Source of the DNA: Eubacteriales bacterium
GTDB taxonomy: Bacteria > Bacillota > Clostridia > Oscillospirales > CAG-272
DNA: 64,000 nucleotides
NCBI GenBank assembly: GCA_045643945.1
Contig: JAZRGA010000009.1
Location: 1,190 to 65,189, forward strand
Reading direction: 5' to 3'
The translations under genes were made by a program, and so were the position numbers. Under the pieces are notes generated by a model. It was not told the origin of the DNA and did not search any database. It was given only the letters and a program-made list of their open reading frames with translations. This document shows positions 53,536 to 62,837 of this stretch, piece after piece. Each line of letters opens with the position of its first letter. Within the stretch, counting starts at the first letter, position 1.

Positions 53536-55194
53536 ATGAACGAAATCGCAAGTAATTTTATACACGATATTATCGATGCCGACCTTTCCGAGCATCCCGA
53601 CACAAAAATCCACACACGTTTCCCTCCCGAGCCTAACGGATATCTTCACATAGGCTCTGCAAAGGCTATCCTTATCAACTTTGAAACCGCAAAGAAATAC
53701 GGGGGACTCTTTAATCTTCGTTATGACGATACCAACCCCGCAAAGGAGGACACCGAATACGTTGACTCTATTTTAGAGGACCTTACTTGGCTTGGCGCTA
53801 TTCCAAACGGTGGAATTTTCTACGGCTCGGATTATTTTGACAAGTGCTACGAGTATGCCGAAAAGCTTATAATGGACGGAAAGGCTTACGTTTGCGACCT
53901 CTCCGCAGAGGAAATGAAGGAGTACAGAGGAACTCTTACCACTCCAGGCAAGGAAAGCCCCTACCGTAACAGAAGCGTTGAAGAAAATCTCGACCTTTTC
54001 CGCAGAATGAAGGCCGGTGAATTTGCCGACGGTACTCACACACTCAGAGCAAAAATTGATATGGCGTCCCCAAATATTAATATGCGTGACCCCGCTATTT
54101 ACAGAATAGTTCACACCTCCCATCACCGTCAGGGTGATAAATGGTGCATCTACCCTCTTTACGATTACGCTCATCCTATTCAGGACGCGCTTGAGGGTAT
54201 AACCTATTCCCTTTGCTCGCTTGAGTTTGAAAACCACAGACCCCTTTACGAGTGGGTTATCGAAAACATTGGAATTTTCAATCCCGAGCCTAAGCAGAGA
54301 GAGTTTGCAAGACTTAACGTCACAAATACTGTAATGTCAAAGAGATATCTCCGCTACCTCGTTGAAAACGATATGGTTGACGGTTGGGATGACCCCCGCT
54401 TGCCCACTATCTGCGCACTTCGCAGACGTGGATACACGCCTACCTCTATTTTTAACTTTGTAAGAGCCGCAGGCGTTTCTAAGGCTAACAGCTTGGTTGA
54501 TATTAATATGCTTGAGCATTGTATCCGTGAGGAGCTTAACGAAAACGCTCCCCGCCGTATTGCTATTGCTCATCCTATTAAGGTCGTTATCGACAACTAC
54601 CCTGCCGATACCGAGGAAACCTTTGAGCTTCCCAACCATCCCCAAAAGCCCGAGCTTGGAACACGTCCTCTTGCATTTACCCGTGAGATATACATTGATG
54701 CGTCGGATTTTGCCGAGGTTCCGCCTCCAAAGTTTTTCCGCTTAAAGCCCGAGGGTGAGGTTCGTCTTATGGGTGCGTATATCATTAAGTGCGGCGAGAT
54801 AGTTAAGGATGCAGACGGAAATATAGTTGAAATTCACGCAACCGCAGATCTTGAAACAAGAAACGGCAACCCCGTTGACGGAAGAAAGATTAAGGGTACT
54901 ATTCATTGGCTCTCCGCAAAATATGCAGAGGAAACTACGCTTATGCTCTATGATAAGCTCTTTACCATTGAAAACGTAAACGATATTCCCGAGGATAAGA
55001 CCTACAACGATTATCTCAATCCCGAATCCCTTACAGTTGTTGCGAATGCAAAAATAGAGCCTGCTCTTGCTAATGCTAAGGACGGAGAGAAATTCCAGTT
55101 CGTTCGTGACGGTTATTATTGCAAGGATACAAAGCATCCCAACACCTTTAACCGTGTAGTCGGTCTTAAGGATAGCTTCCCCGCTAAAAAATAA
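53536..55194 (+). CDS. glnS: glutamine--tRNA ligase
   Basis: FPPEPNGYLHIGSAKA (HIGH), RYDDTNP, VMSKRY (KMSKS), and a beta-barrel anticodon-binding C-terminus. 552 aa. Confidence 0.92.
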   Translation: MNEIASNFIHDIIDADLSEHPDTKIHTRFPPEPNGYLHIGSAKAILINFETAKKYGGLFNLRYDDTNPAKEDTEYVDSILEDLTWLGAIPNGGIFYGSDYFDKCYEYAEKLIMDGKAYVCDLSAEEMKEYRGTLTTPGKESPYRNRSVEENLDLFRRMKAGEFADGTHTLRAKIDMASPNINMRDPAIYRIVHTSHHRQGDKWCIYPLYDYAHPIQDALEGITYSLCSLEFENHRPLYEWVIENIGIFNPEPKQREFARLNVTNTVMSKRYLRYLVENDMVDGWDDPRLPTICALRRRGYTPTSIFNFVRAAGVSKANSLVDINMLEHCIREELNENAPRRIAIAHPIKVVIDNYPADTEETFELPNHPQKPELGTRPLAFTREIYIDASDFAEVPPPKFFRLKPEGEVRLMGAYIIKCGEIVKDADGNIVEIHATADLETRNGNPVDGRKIKGTIHWLSAKYAEETTLMLYDKLFTIENVNDIPEDKTYNDYLNPESLTVVANAKIEPALANAKDGEKFQFVRDGYYCKDTKHPNTFNRVVGLKDSFPAKK

Positions 55195-55223
55195 ACGGAT
55201 AACAGAATAAAGAGGAAATTATT

Positions 55224-55505
55224 ATGCTTTTAAAAATTCTTTTCGCCTATCTTGCGGTTATATCCGTCATATCTATCATCGTTTGCATTTGGGATAAAAA
55301 AATTTCCAAAAAGAACAAGGTAGAGCTTAGAATTCCCGAGGCAGTATTGCTTTTACTTAGCGCACTCGGCGGCTCTGTTGCTATGTTTATAACTATGCTT
55401 TTAATGCGTCACAAAACAAAGCATGTAAAATTTATGCTTGGAATTCCCGTTATAATGATTTTGCAGGCTGCCGCCGCAGTAGCTTGCGTAATGCTTTTGA
55501 GATAA
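55224..55505 (+). CDS. DUF1294 small membrane protein
   Basis: 93 aa with WDKKISKKNKVELRIPE and MRHKTKH, typical of DUF1294. Confidence 0.75.
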   Translation: MLLKILFAYLAVISVISIIVCIWDKKISKKNKVELRIPEAVLLLLSALGGSVAMFITMLLMRHKTKHVKFMLGIPVIMILQAAAAVACVMLLR

Positions 55506-55543
55506 TAAGACACAAACAAAAGTCCTAAAATAAAGGAGTTACT

Positions 55544-57181
55544 ATGGAAAAAACAGAAAAGCTCTTAAACGAAATCGACTTATCAAAGTTCAGTCTGATA
55601 TATCCCGATGAAGAATCGCAAACAAATCACTATGAGGGCAAGGAAGCGCCCATTATCGATATGTTTGTTCTTGAAGAGCTTGGCTTGCTTGAGGTTTTTA
55701 ACCTAAAAAATAGCGACCTTGATGAATATTTTACCACCAATCCAAGGGTTATCGAGCATAGAATGGCGGTATTTTCCGATATGCTCGAGTTCCCGCAGAT
55801 TTCGGTAACGCTTAACAGACTTATCCCAATTCTTACCGATATTATGGAGCTTCGCCGTCTTGAAGCCGATTTTGGCGACAACACAGAATCATATCTTGAG
55901 AGCATCACCGAAATCGAGCTTTATATAGCAAGCATTTCAACGCTTCACGAGGGCTTTGCCGACATAGGAGATAAGGTTAAGAGCGATGCCTTTAAGGCTC
56001 TTGCGAAGCGTATAAACGACCTTGTATGCTCAGAATATTATTCAGAGCTTAACGCAAAGCTTTCCGAGCTTACAAACAGAGTTCGTGATATCAAGAGCGT
56101 AACTATTGGTGTAAATCTTGATGCTCAGCTTCGTCCCTCAAGCGCAGGAGTTCTTTCGATAAATCCCGAATCCTTCCGCTCGGGCGATGTGCTTGATAAG
56201 ATACTTCGTCTTAACTTTAAGGACGACGAATACACCTGCATCGCCAACCTCGTTCCCTTTAGCAAAAAGCAATCCGAAAATCAGCGCACAGCACTTAGCC
56301 TTGCGTTTAATTCGGCAATAAACGACGTATATAAGCAATCCTTGCGTTCTTGGAAAAAGATAGTTCAAAGCTTCGTGCTTGAAAACACCGATTTTCTTCT
56401 CAATCTTATGCCTGAGATAGAATTTTTGGTTAAAGGAACAAATCTTCTCCGCGCGCTTAAAGAAAAGGGACTTACCCTCTGCAAGCCAAAAATCGTTACA
56501 GATAAGAACGTATTCGTTGCAAACGAGATATACAACCCCTGCGTAGCGCTTAAGGTTGATGATGAGATAATAACGAATGACGTTGAATTTAAGGACGATA
56601 TAATGATATTCGTTCTTACAGGACCAAACCGTGGCGGTAAGTCTGTTATAACCTGCGCAATAGGTCTTGCTCAGGCTATGCTTCAGCTCGGTATGTTCGT
56701 TCCCGCAAGCAGTGCGGAAATAAGCATCGCCGACGGAATTTATACTCACTTCCCTACCGGTGCAGATGATACAATAGACAAGGGACGTCTTGGCGAGGAA
56801 TGTGCAAGACTTCGTGACATATTCGAGGACGTGACGAGTGATAGCCTTGTGTTGCTTGACGAATCGCTCTCCTCAACCGGCTCTTATGAGGCATCATATA
56901 TTGCCGCAGAGGTGCTTGCAGGCTTTAGCCGTATTGGATGCCGTTGTCTTTTCTCGACTCACCTTCACGAATTGGCGGCAGAGATTGATAACATAAACGC
57001 TCGCACTGCCCCCGACGGTGGAACGAGGATAGACTCGCTCGTTGCGGGAATAGAGGACGGAAAGCGCTCATTTAAGATATACCGTATGAAGCCCGACGGA
57101 AAGAGCTATGCTCGAGATATTGCCGATAAATACGGTCTTTCCTACGAAAACATCGTGGCTACCGCATTAAATAATAATTGA
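55544..57181 (+). CDS. MutS-family ATPase lacking the mismatch-recognition N-terminal domain
   Basis: Walker A TGPNRGGKS, Walker B LVLLDESLSSTG, and STHLHEL. At only 545 aa it is not canonical MutS or MutS2. Confidence 0.8.
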   Translation: MEKTEKLLNEIDLSKFSLIYPDEESQTNHYEGKEAPIIDMFVLEELGLLEVFNLKNSDLDEYFTTNPRVIEHRMAVFSDMLEFPQISVTLNRLIPILTDIMELRRLEADFGDNTESYLESITEIELYIASISTLHEGFADIGDKVKSDAFKALAKRINDLVCSEYYSELNAKLSELTNRVRDIKSVTIGVNLDAQLRPSSAGVLSINPESFRSGDVLDKILRLNFKDDEYTCIANLVPFSKKQSENQRTALSLAFNSAINDVYKQSLRSWKKIVQSFVLENTDFLLNLMPEIEFLVKGTNLLRALKEKGLTLCKPKIVTDKNVFVANEIYNPCVALKVDDEIITNDVEFKDDIMIFVLTGPNRGGKSVITCAIGLAQAMLQLGMFVPASSAEISIADGIYTHFPTGADDTIDKGRLGEECARLRDIFEDVTSDSLVLLDESLSSTGSYEASYIAAEVLAGFSRIGCRCLFSTHLHELAAEIDNINARTAPDGGTRIDSLVAGIEDGKRSFKIYRMKPDGKSYARDIADKYGLSYENIVATALNNN

Positions 57182-57200
57182 TTGACGGGAACTTGAAAAT

Positions 57201-57728
57201 ATGGTTAGAAAAGCAACGTCAAACGATATTAAATCAATAGCGACTCTTTACGATAGAGTAATAGATTTCCAAGCCGCAAACGGTAGCTATATGAGTTGGA
57301 TTAAAGGCGTTTATCCGACCAAAAAAACCGCCTCCGACGCTCTTTCGCTTGATACGCTGTATGTGTACGATTCAAACGGAAAGGTAGCAGGCTCGGTTAT
57401 TTTAGACTGTGTTCAGCCTACGGATTACCAAAGCCTAAGCTGGTCTACCGCAGACGATTCCCGTGATGCCGTTATTATACATACCCTTTGCGTTGACCCC
57501 GATTTTATGGGCATCGGTATAGCAACCGAAATGCTTTCCTTTGCAAAGGAGCTTGCGAGGTCGCTAAACTGCGCATCTATCAGGCTTGCCACAAATTCCA
57601 AAAACCTCGGAGCAATTAATCTTTACGAAAAGAACGGCTTTACTATAATCGGTTATAGCACTGCTCTGCTTGACGGCAAGATAAGCTGCCCCCGTCAGTG
57701 CTTTATGGAATACGTAATAAAAGACTAA
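57201..57728 (+). CDS. GNAT-family N-acetyltransferase
   Basis: 175 aa. Acetyl-CoA binding block LCVDPDFMGIGIATEML, then YEKNGF. Confidence 0.8.
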   Translation: MVRKATSNDIKSIATLYDRVIDFQAANGSYMSWIKGVYPTKKTASDALSLDTLYVYDSNGKVAGSVILDCVQPTDYQSLSWSTADDSRDAVIIHTLCVDPDFMGIGIATEMLSFAKELARSLNCASIRLATNSKNLGAINLYEKNGFTIIGYSTALLDGKISCPRQCFMEYVIKD

Positions 57729-57736
57729 AAGAAAAA

Positions 57737-57782
57737 CACCGCTTTACAGTCCCCAAACGGAGATTGAAGCGGTGCTTTTTTA
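57737..57782 (+). terminator. rho-independent terminator after the GNAT gene
   Basis: CACCGCTT (57737-44) pairs with AAGCGGTG (57767-74), followed by CTTTTTT. Confidence 0.75.
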
Positions 57783-57794
57783 ACATTAAAGCTT

Positions 57795-57830
57795 TGCTTG
57801 GCGCATTATCAAACACGCCAAGCATTTTTT
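57795..57830. terminator. second hairpin terminator, probably shared with the convergent giant gene
   Basis: TGCTTGGCG (57795-803) pairs with CGCCAAGCA (57816-24), followed by TTTTTTGTTTTT. Confidence 0.65.
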
Positions 57831-57858
57831 GTTTTTATAATTTTTGTATTACTACGGT

Positions 57859-60800
57859 CTACTCGGTGAAGGTAAGCGTTCCATGCCTTATCGTAATATG
57901 ATAATTTCCGGTAACGGTCTTTCCATTTGCATTAACTATTTTTAGACTTTCTAAATCTATCGGATTGTCTGTTTTTCCGATATAATTAAGCTGACCTATT
58001 GCCTCAGCCTCTAAAACGTCGCCCTCCGCAAGCGGTCCTACGGATACGTAGACCTTCTTGTTTTCAAGAACCGCGCCCTCGATGTACTGCGCTTCAGACG
58101 AGCCTGTGGTTAATTCAATTACTCGAGGAGTTATCTTAACCACAATGTAATCATCAAGACTTAACTTATCACTCGGAGAAACAAGCCTTAGACGGAAATT
58201 TCGGCTTATGTCATCGCCCTTATCGTTAGTTACGCTAAAATCAAAATATGAGCCGATAGATTCATTAATAGCCGTTGCCGAAAGCTCGTGAACGTTTACT
58301 TCACTAAAGGTTTCTACAAGCTTAAGCTCAAAGCCCGATTTTATAAAGTCCTCGCTCTTTACAGAGAAGAAATTATCCTCATCATATCTTGCAGGCTTAC
58401 CGTCATACGGCTTATAAATATTAAATACCGAAATATCTATAGTTGCGGGAGTAATTTTCAAAATTCCCGTTCGGGTATTAACATTAAACCTATAAGTTAT
58501 ATTATTGCCGTTAGCATCCAAAATGCGAACGTCCGTAATACCACTCGAGATACTTCCAACGTCAATAATTTCTCCGCTATACGTTCCTTCAATCTTATAT
58601 CCGTTGTCCTCAAAAAGCTTTTTAAGCTCCTCGGACGCACCGTAAAGCTCTGCATTAGTAGCGGTAAGAGGAGTACCGTCGTAAATCTTTGAGTCATCCT
58701 CAGGCTTAACGAAAATATCTATTTTTTCATCCAAGGAAGCTTCTATCTGCATCCAACCGTACGAATCAACAAATACCTCTACCCAATGATATTTATCCTT
58801 TACCTCTGTCTTTTGATTAGCCACTGCATCTACCATATATCCCTCAACGTATCTTGCGGGAACGCCCAACGCTCTGTAAAGCATTGTAGTAGCAATAGCG
58901 AAATGCTTTGACGAGCCTACTTTATAGGTGGTCAAGAACTCAACTGCTATGTCCTCTGAGCTATCGAGCGACTCATCGTAATTAGTATCATAAACCGCAG
59001 TGTTTTTAACGAATGCGGCTATTGCGGATATGCGCTCATCGGTAGTCATATCGCTAAAGTCTATATCGCTTACCAAAGCTAACAAGGCGATCTTGGTATC
59101 ATTCGGAATATTAAGATAATTATCATAAACCCAAGTTGTATATCGAGAATATCCCGAGGGAGTATATCTATAAAGTCCGCTCGTTCCCTCCGCTTCATAA
59201 TTGTAATTATAGTAATAAAGGCTATAATCGGTCTTATTGCTTAAGGTTGTATAATCCTCTGAATTGTAGAGAGGCATATCGTAATTTCCGCCAAAGGTCA
59301 TATAATAAGGAAGCATATAAGTTGTCGCATTGGAAATTCTGATATAATTCTCGGTATAATTGCTTTTCAAAAGATTAATTGACGACCAAAGCATAAAGCT
59401 GCAAGTATGATAAGTGCCGCCATAGTTATAGCGGAATGAGCGTCCTGCCGCAGGAGCAGGGCCAAAGCTATCACCGTTGTAATCACCGTAGGACTTCGTC
59501 TTTAAGTAAATACGTCCGCCCTCGGTAGATTGTACGTTAGCAACCACCACCTTGTAAACCTCAAGTGTTCCCTCTACGTATTTTATATCGTAATTACGCG
59601 AATAATCAATACCGTTTCCATCTAAGATTTTCGCATCGTTATTCATCTTATTCGAGGATTTTCCCTCCTCGGTTTGACTTCCGTGAGCAACGATATCAAG
59701 CGTATGACCGTCAAGCAAGGTATGCTCGCTATTTACGGAGATGCTGCAATCGGATGCTCTAAGCGGTCTTCCGTCATATTCCTTCTTTGCGCTTGCAGAC
59801 TCGACTATTATGCTTCGCTTTTGAACTGTGAGGGTATATTCGCCGTCTACAACGATTTCGTAATTGTGGTCAACACGAGCATCCCCATCATAAATAACCG
59901 CAGGATTGAGCGAATCGGGCTTTATATCAATCGTTCCCGCATCGGTTATAGATTCAAAGTTTATTTCGATTATTCTATGATTGCCAATAAGTCCTTCATC
60001 GTTTGCCGAATCCGAAATATCAATATAATTTATACATTCAAGCGGAAGTCCGTCATAAAGCTTAATCGTTTCGTCGGGCAAAGGCTTAACCCTTATCACT
60101 CTTGGCTCAACGGTAAGAGTACCGTAATTTTCAATTATCTTATAATTACCAAGAGCAGTTATGTCCTCGCCATTTTCATCGAAAATCTTAATCTCTACCG
60201 CATTAGGAGTAGAGCCTGCGTCGGTTATAGTTCCAATCGCCTCTATAGAAGCGCTATGCCCTTCTAAAATCTTTTCCAAATAATCCGATGTATATGACAG
60301 ATAAACGAGCGGTGACCCATCATAGGTCTTTGATTTCGAAGCTGTGGTTACGGTTATCTCAATAGGAAGAATTTCCAACTTACCTATATTTTGAGTAACC
60401 TCATAATATTGCTTAACGCTTTCGCCTCTTTCGTCAAGAATATCAAGCTCGTGGATTTCATTATCGTATATACCCGCGTTTATTACCGATACAGGTAAAG
60501 AATAAACTATACTGTGACCCTCCAACAAACCGTCATTCATATCTGAAATCGGGTCGATAGTCAATTCTGTTCCGCGAAGTGGCTTCTTATCGTAAAGCTT
60601 TGTTTCACTGTTAGAGGAAACAGAAAGCTTTCTCAAAAGGACCTCGAGAATACCGTTTACGCATTGAACATCATAATTTTCAGTCATATTAACTTCATTT
60701 GCGTCTACGATAACAACACTGCCGTCAACGATAATATTTTCCCATCTGCCAACAATACCCGCATCGGTTGCGCCCACAATTTCCTTAATCGTAAATTTTA

Positions 60801-62823
60801 TATCGGATATTCTGTGTCCCTCGATAAGCTCGCCCGTTATAATCTCATATTCGGGAAGAACAAAGTCCTCACCGTCGTAAGGCTTTTGTCCGCTTGCGGA
60901 TTGAAGTACAAGCTTTCTCGGAAGTATAGTAATCACGCCCGGAGCTGCACTTATCTCAAAGTTAGCGGTAGCATCCTCTCCTGCATAGACAACTGTGGTT
61001 TTATCAAGGTCTACCTCGGCATCGTGAACACCAACGTTTGACGTTAAGTGCTTATATACTACGTTTAACGTATGACCTGCGGGAATTTCTCCCTCAAGTA
61101 TTTCATACTCAAGCTCGGAAAACTCCAAGCCATCGTATTCCTTGGAATTATCTAACACCTTAAGCGCAATCTTGCACTTCTCTATCTCTACGGTGCCGTA
61201 GACCTCGGTAATTTCGTAATTTCTATAAGCATCAAGCGATTTAATACCCGTTGAACGCTTAGAATATATCTTAGCGGTAAGTATCTTATTTTCATTTTCA
61301 TATCTGCCTGCCTGAGAAAAGCTTGGGAACGTAAGCTCTAAGGTATCGTTCTCGGCAAGCGAGCCGCTTGTTATATTATAGTTTTTGAAAACTCGCTCTG
61401 TACCGTCATAAACAAGATTATCGGGCCCGTTTTCGTGAGTAACGGTAATAGGACGCTTTGTAACCTCAACAGTGCCTATATCACCGAATATAAGCTCGTA
61501 ATTATTCAAAACATCCTTGCCCTCGGCATTACGCACCGACTTTATCTCAACGGTATTCTCCTCGACGCCTACGTCGATAACCGTCGGCCATGAGGCGGTT
61601 ACAGAATGTCCCGCTATAAAGCCCTCCATATGTATATCGGCATAATGCTCTTGACCGTCATACATCCATTTTCCGCTTTCCGAGGATATAGTCACAGGTC
61701 TTGGAGTTACCTCAAGCCAGCCTCTTTCGTAAAAGAGCGAGTAATTATGAGTTTTATCCTCGCCAACGGAATTTTTAATTTCAATAGCAAGCACGTTTTC
61801 AACAAAATCAACGTCGGTTATCGAGGTGCTTGATACACATTCGGCAATATGTCCGTCGACAATATCGTACTCGCCTATTATCTTATAATCGGGATTCGAA
61901 AGCGCCGTATCATCGTAAACCTTTTCTGCGCTCGGTGTTTCGATTATCAAAGGACGATAATCAACCTTAAGCGTTCCTATATGAGTTGAAATAATGTAGT
62001 GAACGCTTACGTCTAAGCTATCAGAGGATATAACGCTAAGCGTAGGAGTGTTTTCAATCTCGCCAACGTCGATAAGATATTTATCGAAAACCGCTTGAAG
62101 CGTGTCGCCCTCTGCAAGAGTTCCGCCGCTAAGCTCATATCCGTCATAAGAAAGCCTTGTATCGTTATAAATAAGCTCCTTATCCGACACAGTGACTAAT
62201 ATAGGTCGAGGCAATACCGTTATTTGCGTCGAAACGGGAATAATATTATAAAGCGCCGTTACGTCCTCACCGTGAGAATTTTCTATTTTTATGCTCTCCT
62301 TATTAGGTGCTACGTCGGTAACCGTCGCTAAGCGATCGGCATAAACGAAGCTCTTACAAGCAAGAGTATCACCGCTTGCAAGCTCGGCAAAAACGGACGG
62401 CGTCGCTCCGTAAACGATCTCCTTATCGGTAACCGACACATTTGCGCTTCTCGCCTTTAATACAAAGCTGTAAGTCTTACCGTATTTAGTTTGACCGAAC
62501 AAGGTCTTAGCCGTTGCTCTTACACTGTGCTCGCCCAACGATTTTGGAGGCTCTGCGCTCCAATCTGTACCGTTTGAGGAATATTCATATACTACCCTTG
62601 CAAGGATAGCCTTGGAGTTAAGCGGCAAAGCATCTCCGTATGTCACCTCAAAGCCGTCAGCATCAGACTCATCGTCAATCACTATTCCCTTTGTCACCAT
62701 AAAAGCGATAATGGCGGCAATAACAAGAACAGTGACAATGCTTATCAGCACTATATGCTTAAATATTTTTCTTAGGGTATCAACCACCCTTGAGATTTTT
62801 TTATGGTAGCTATCGTATAACAT
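57859..62823 (-). CDS. giant membrane-anchored surface protein: N-terminal TM, about 11 YDG/MBG-like repeats, transglutaminase-like core with Cys replaced by Ser, then 3 more repeats (1654 aa)
   Basis: TM segment HIVLISIVTVLVIAAIIAFMV. Repeats of roughly 85-90 aa recur with the pattern K.YDG..L....Y.I..G.L..GH/GD.....G..N........G.D.T.NY.I....G.L.V. The core reads VGSSKHFAIATTMLYRALGVPARYVEGY...YHWVEVFVDSYGWMQIEAS. RBS is AAAGGTGG. Confidence 0.85.
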   Translation of the reverse strand: MLYDSYHKKISRVVDTLRKIFKHIVLISIVTVLVIAAIIAFMVTKGIVIDDESDADGFEVTYGDALPLNSKAILARVVYEYSSNGTDWSAEPPKSLGEHSVRATAKTLFGQTKYGKTYSFVLKARSANVSVTDKEIVYGATPSVFAELASGDTLACKSFVYADRLATVTDVAPNKESIKIENSHGEDVTALYNIIPVSTQITVLPRPILVTVSDKELIYNDTRLSYDGYELSGGTLAEGDTLQAVFDKYLIDVGEIENTPTLSVISSDSLDVSVHYIISTHIGTLKVDYRPLIIETPSAEKVYDDTALSNPDYKIIGEYDIVDGHIAECVSSTSITDVDFVENVLAIEIKNSVGEDKTHNYSLFYERGWLEVTPRPVTISSESGKWMYDGQEHYADIHMEGFIAGHSVTASWPTVIDVGVEENTVEIKSVRNAEGKDVLNNYELIFGDIGTVEVTKRPITVTHENGPDNLVYDGTERVFKNYNITSGSLAENDTLELTFPSFSQAGRYENENKILTAKIYSKRSTGIKSLDAYRNYEITEVYGTVEIEKCKIALKVLDNSKEYDGLEFSELEYEILEGEIPAGHTLNVVYKHLTSNVGVHDAEVDLDKTTVVYAGEDATANFEISAAPGVITILPRKLVLQSASGQKPYDGEDFVLPEYEIITGELIEGHRISDIKFTIKEIVGATDAGIVGRWENIIVDGSVVIVDANEVNMTENYDVQCVNGILEVLLRKLSVSSNSETKLYDKKPLRGTELTIDPISDMNDGLLEGHSIVYSLPVSVINAGIYDNEIHELDILDERGESVKQYYEVTQNIGKLEILPIEITVTTASKSKTYDGSPLVYLSYTSDYLEKILEGHSASIEAIGTITDAGSTPNAVEIKIFDENGEDITALGNYKIIENYGTLTVEPRVIRVKPLPDETIKLYDGLPLECINYIDISDSANDEGLIGNHRIIEINFESITDAGTIDIKPDSLNPAVIYDGDARVDHNYEIVVDGEYTLTVQKRSIIVESASAKKEYDGRPLRASDCSISVNSEHTLLDGHTLDIVAHGSQTEEGKSSNKMNNDAKILDGNGIDYSRNYDIKYVEGTLEVYKVVVANVQSTEGGRIYLKTKSYGDYNGDSFGPAPAAGRSFRYNYGGTYHTCSFMLWSSINLLKSNYTENYIRISNATTYMLPYYMTFGGNYDMPLYNSEDYTTLSNKTDYSLYYYNYNYEAEGTSGLYRYTPSGYSRYTTWVYDNYLNIPNDTKIALLALVSDIDFSDMTTDERISAIAAFVKNTAVYDTNYDESLDSSEDIAVEFLTTYKVGSSKHFAIATTMLYRALGVPARYVEGYMVDAVANQKTEVKDKYHWVEVFVDSYGWMQIEASLDEKIDIFVKPEDDSKIYDGTPLTATNAELYGASEELKKLFEDNGYKIEGTYSGEIIDVGSISSGITDVRILDANGNNITYRFNVNTRTGILKITPATIDISVFNIYKPYDGKPARYDEDNFFSVKSEDFIKSGFELKLVETFSEVNVHELSATAINESIGSYFDFSVTNDKGDDISRNFRLRLVSPSDKLSLDDYIVVKITPRVIELTTGSSEAQYIEGAVLENKKVYVSVGPLAEGDVLEAEAIGQLNYIGKTDNPIDLESLKIVNANGKTVTGNYHITIRHGTLTFTE

Positions 62824-62837
62824 TTTACCACCTTTTT

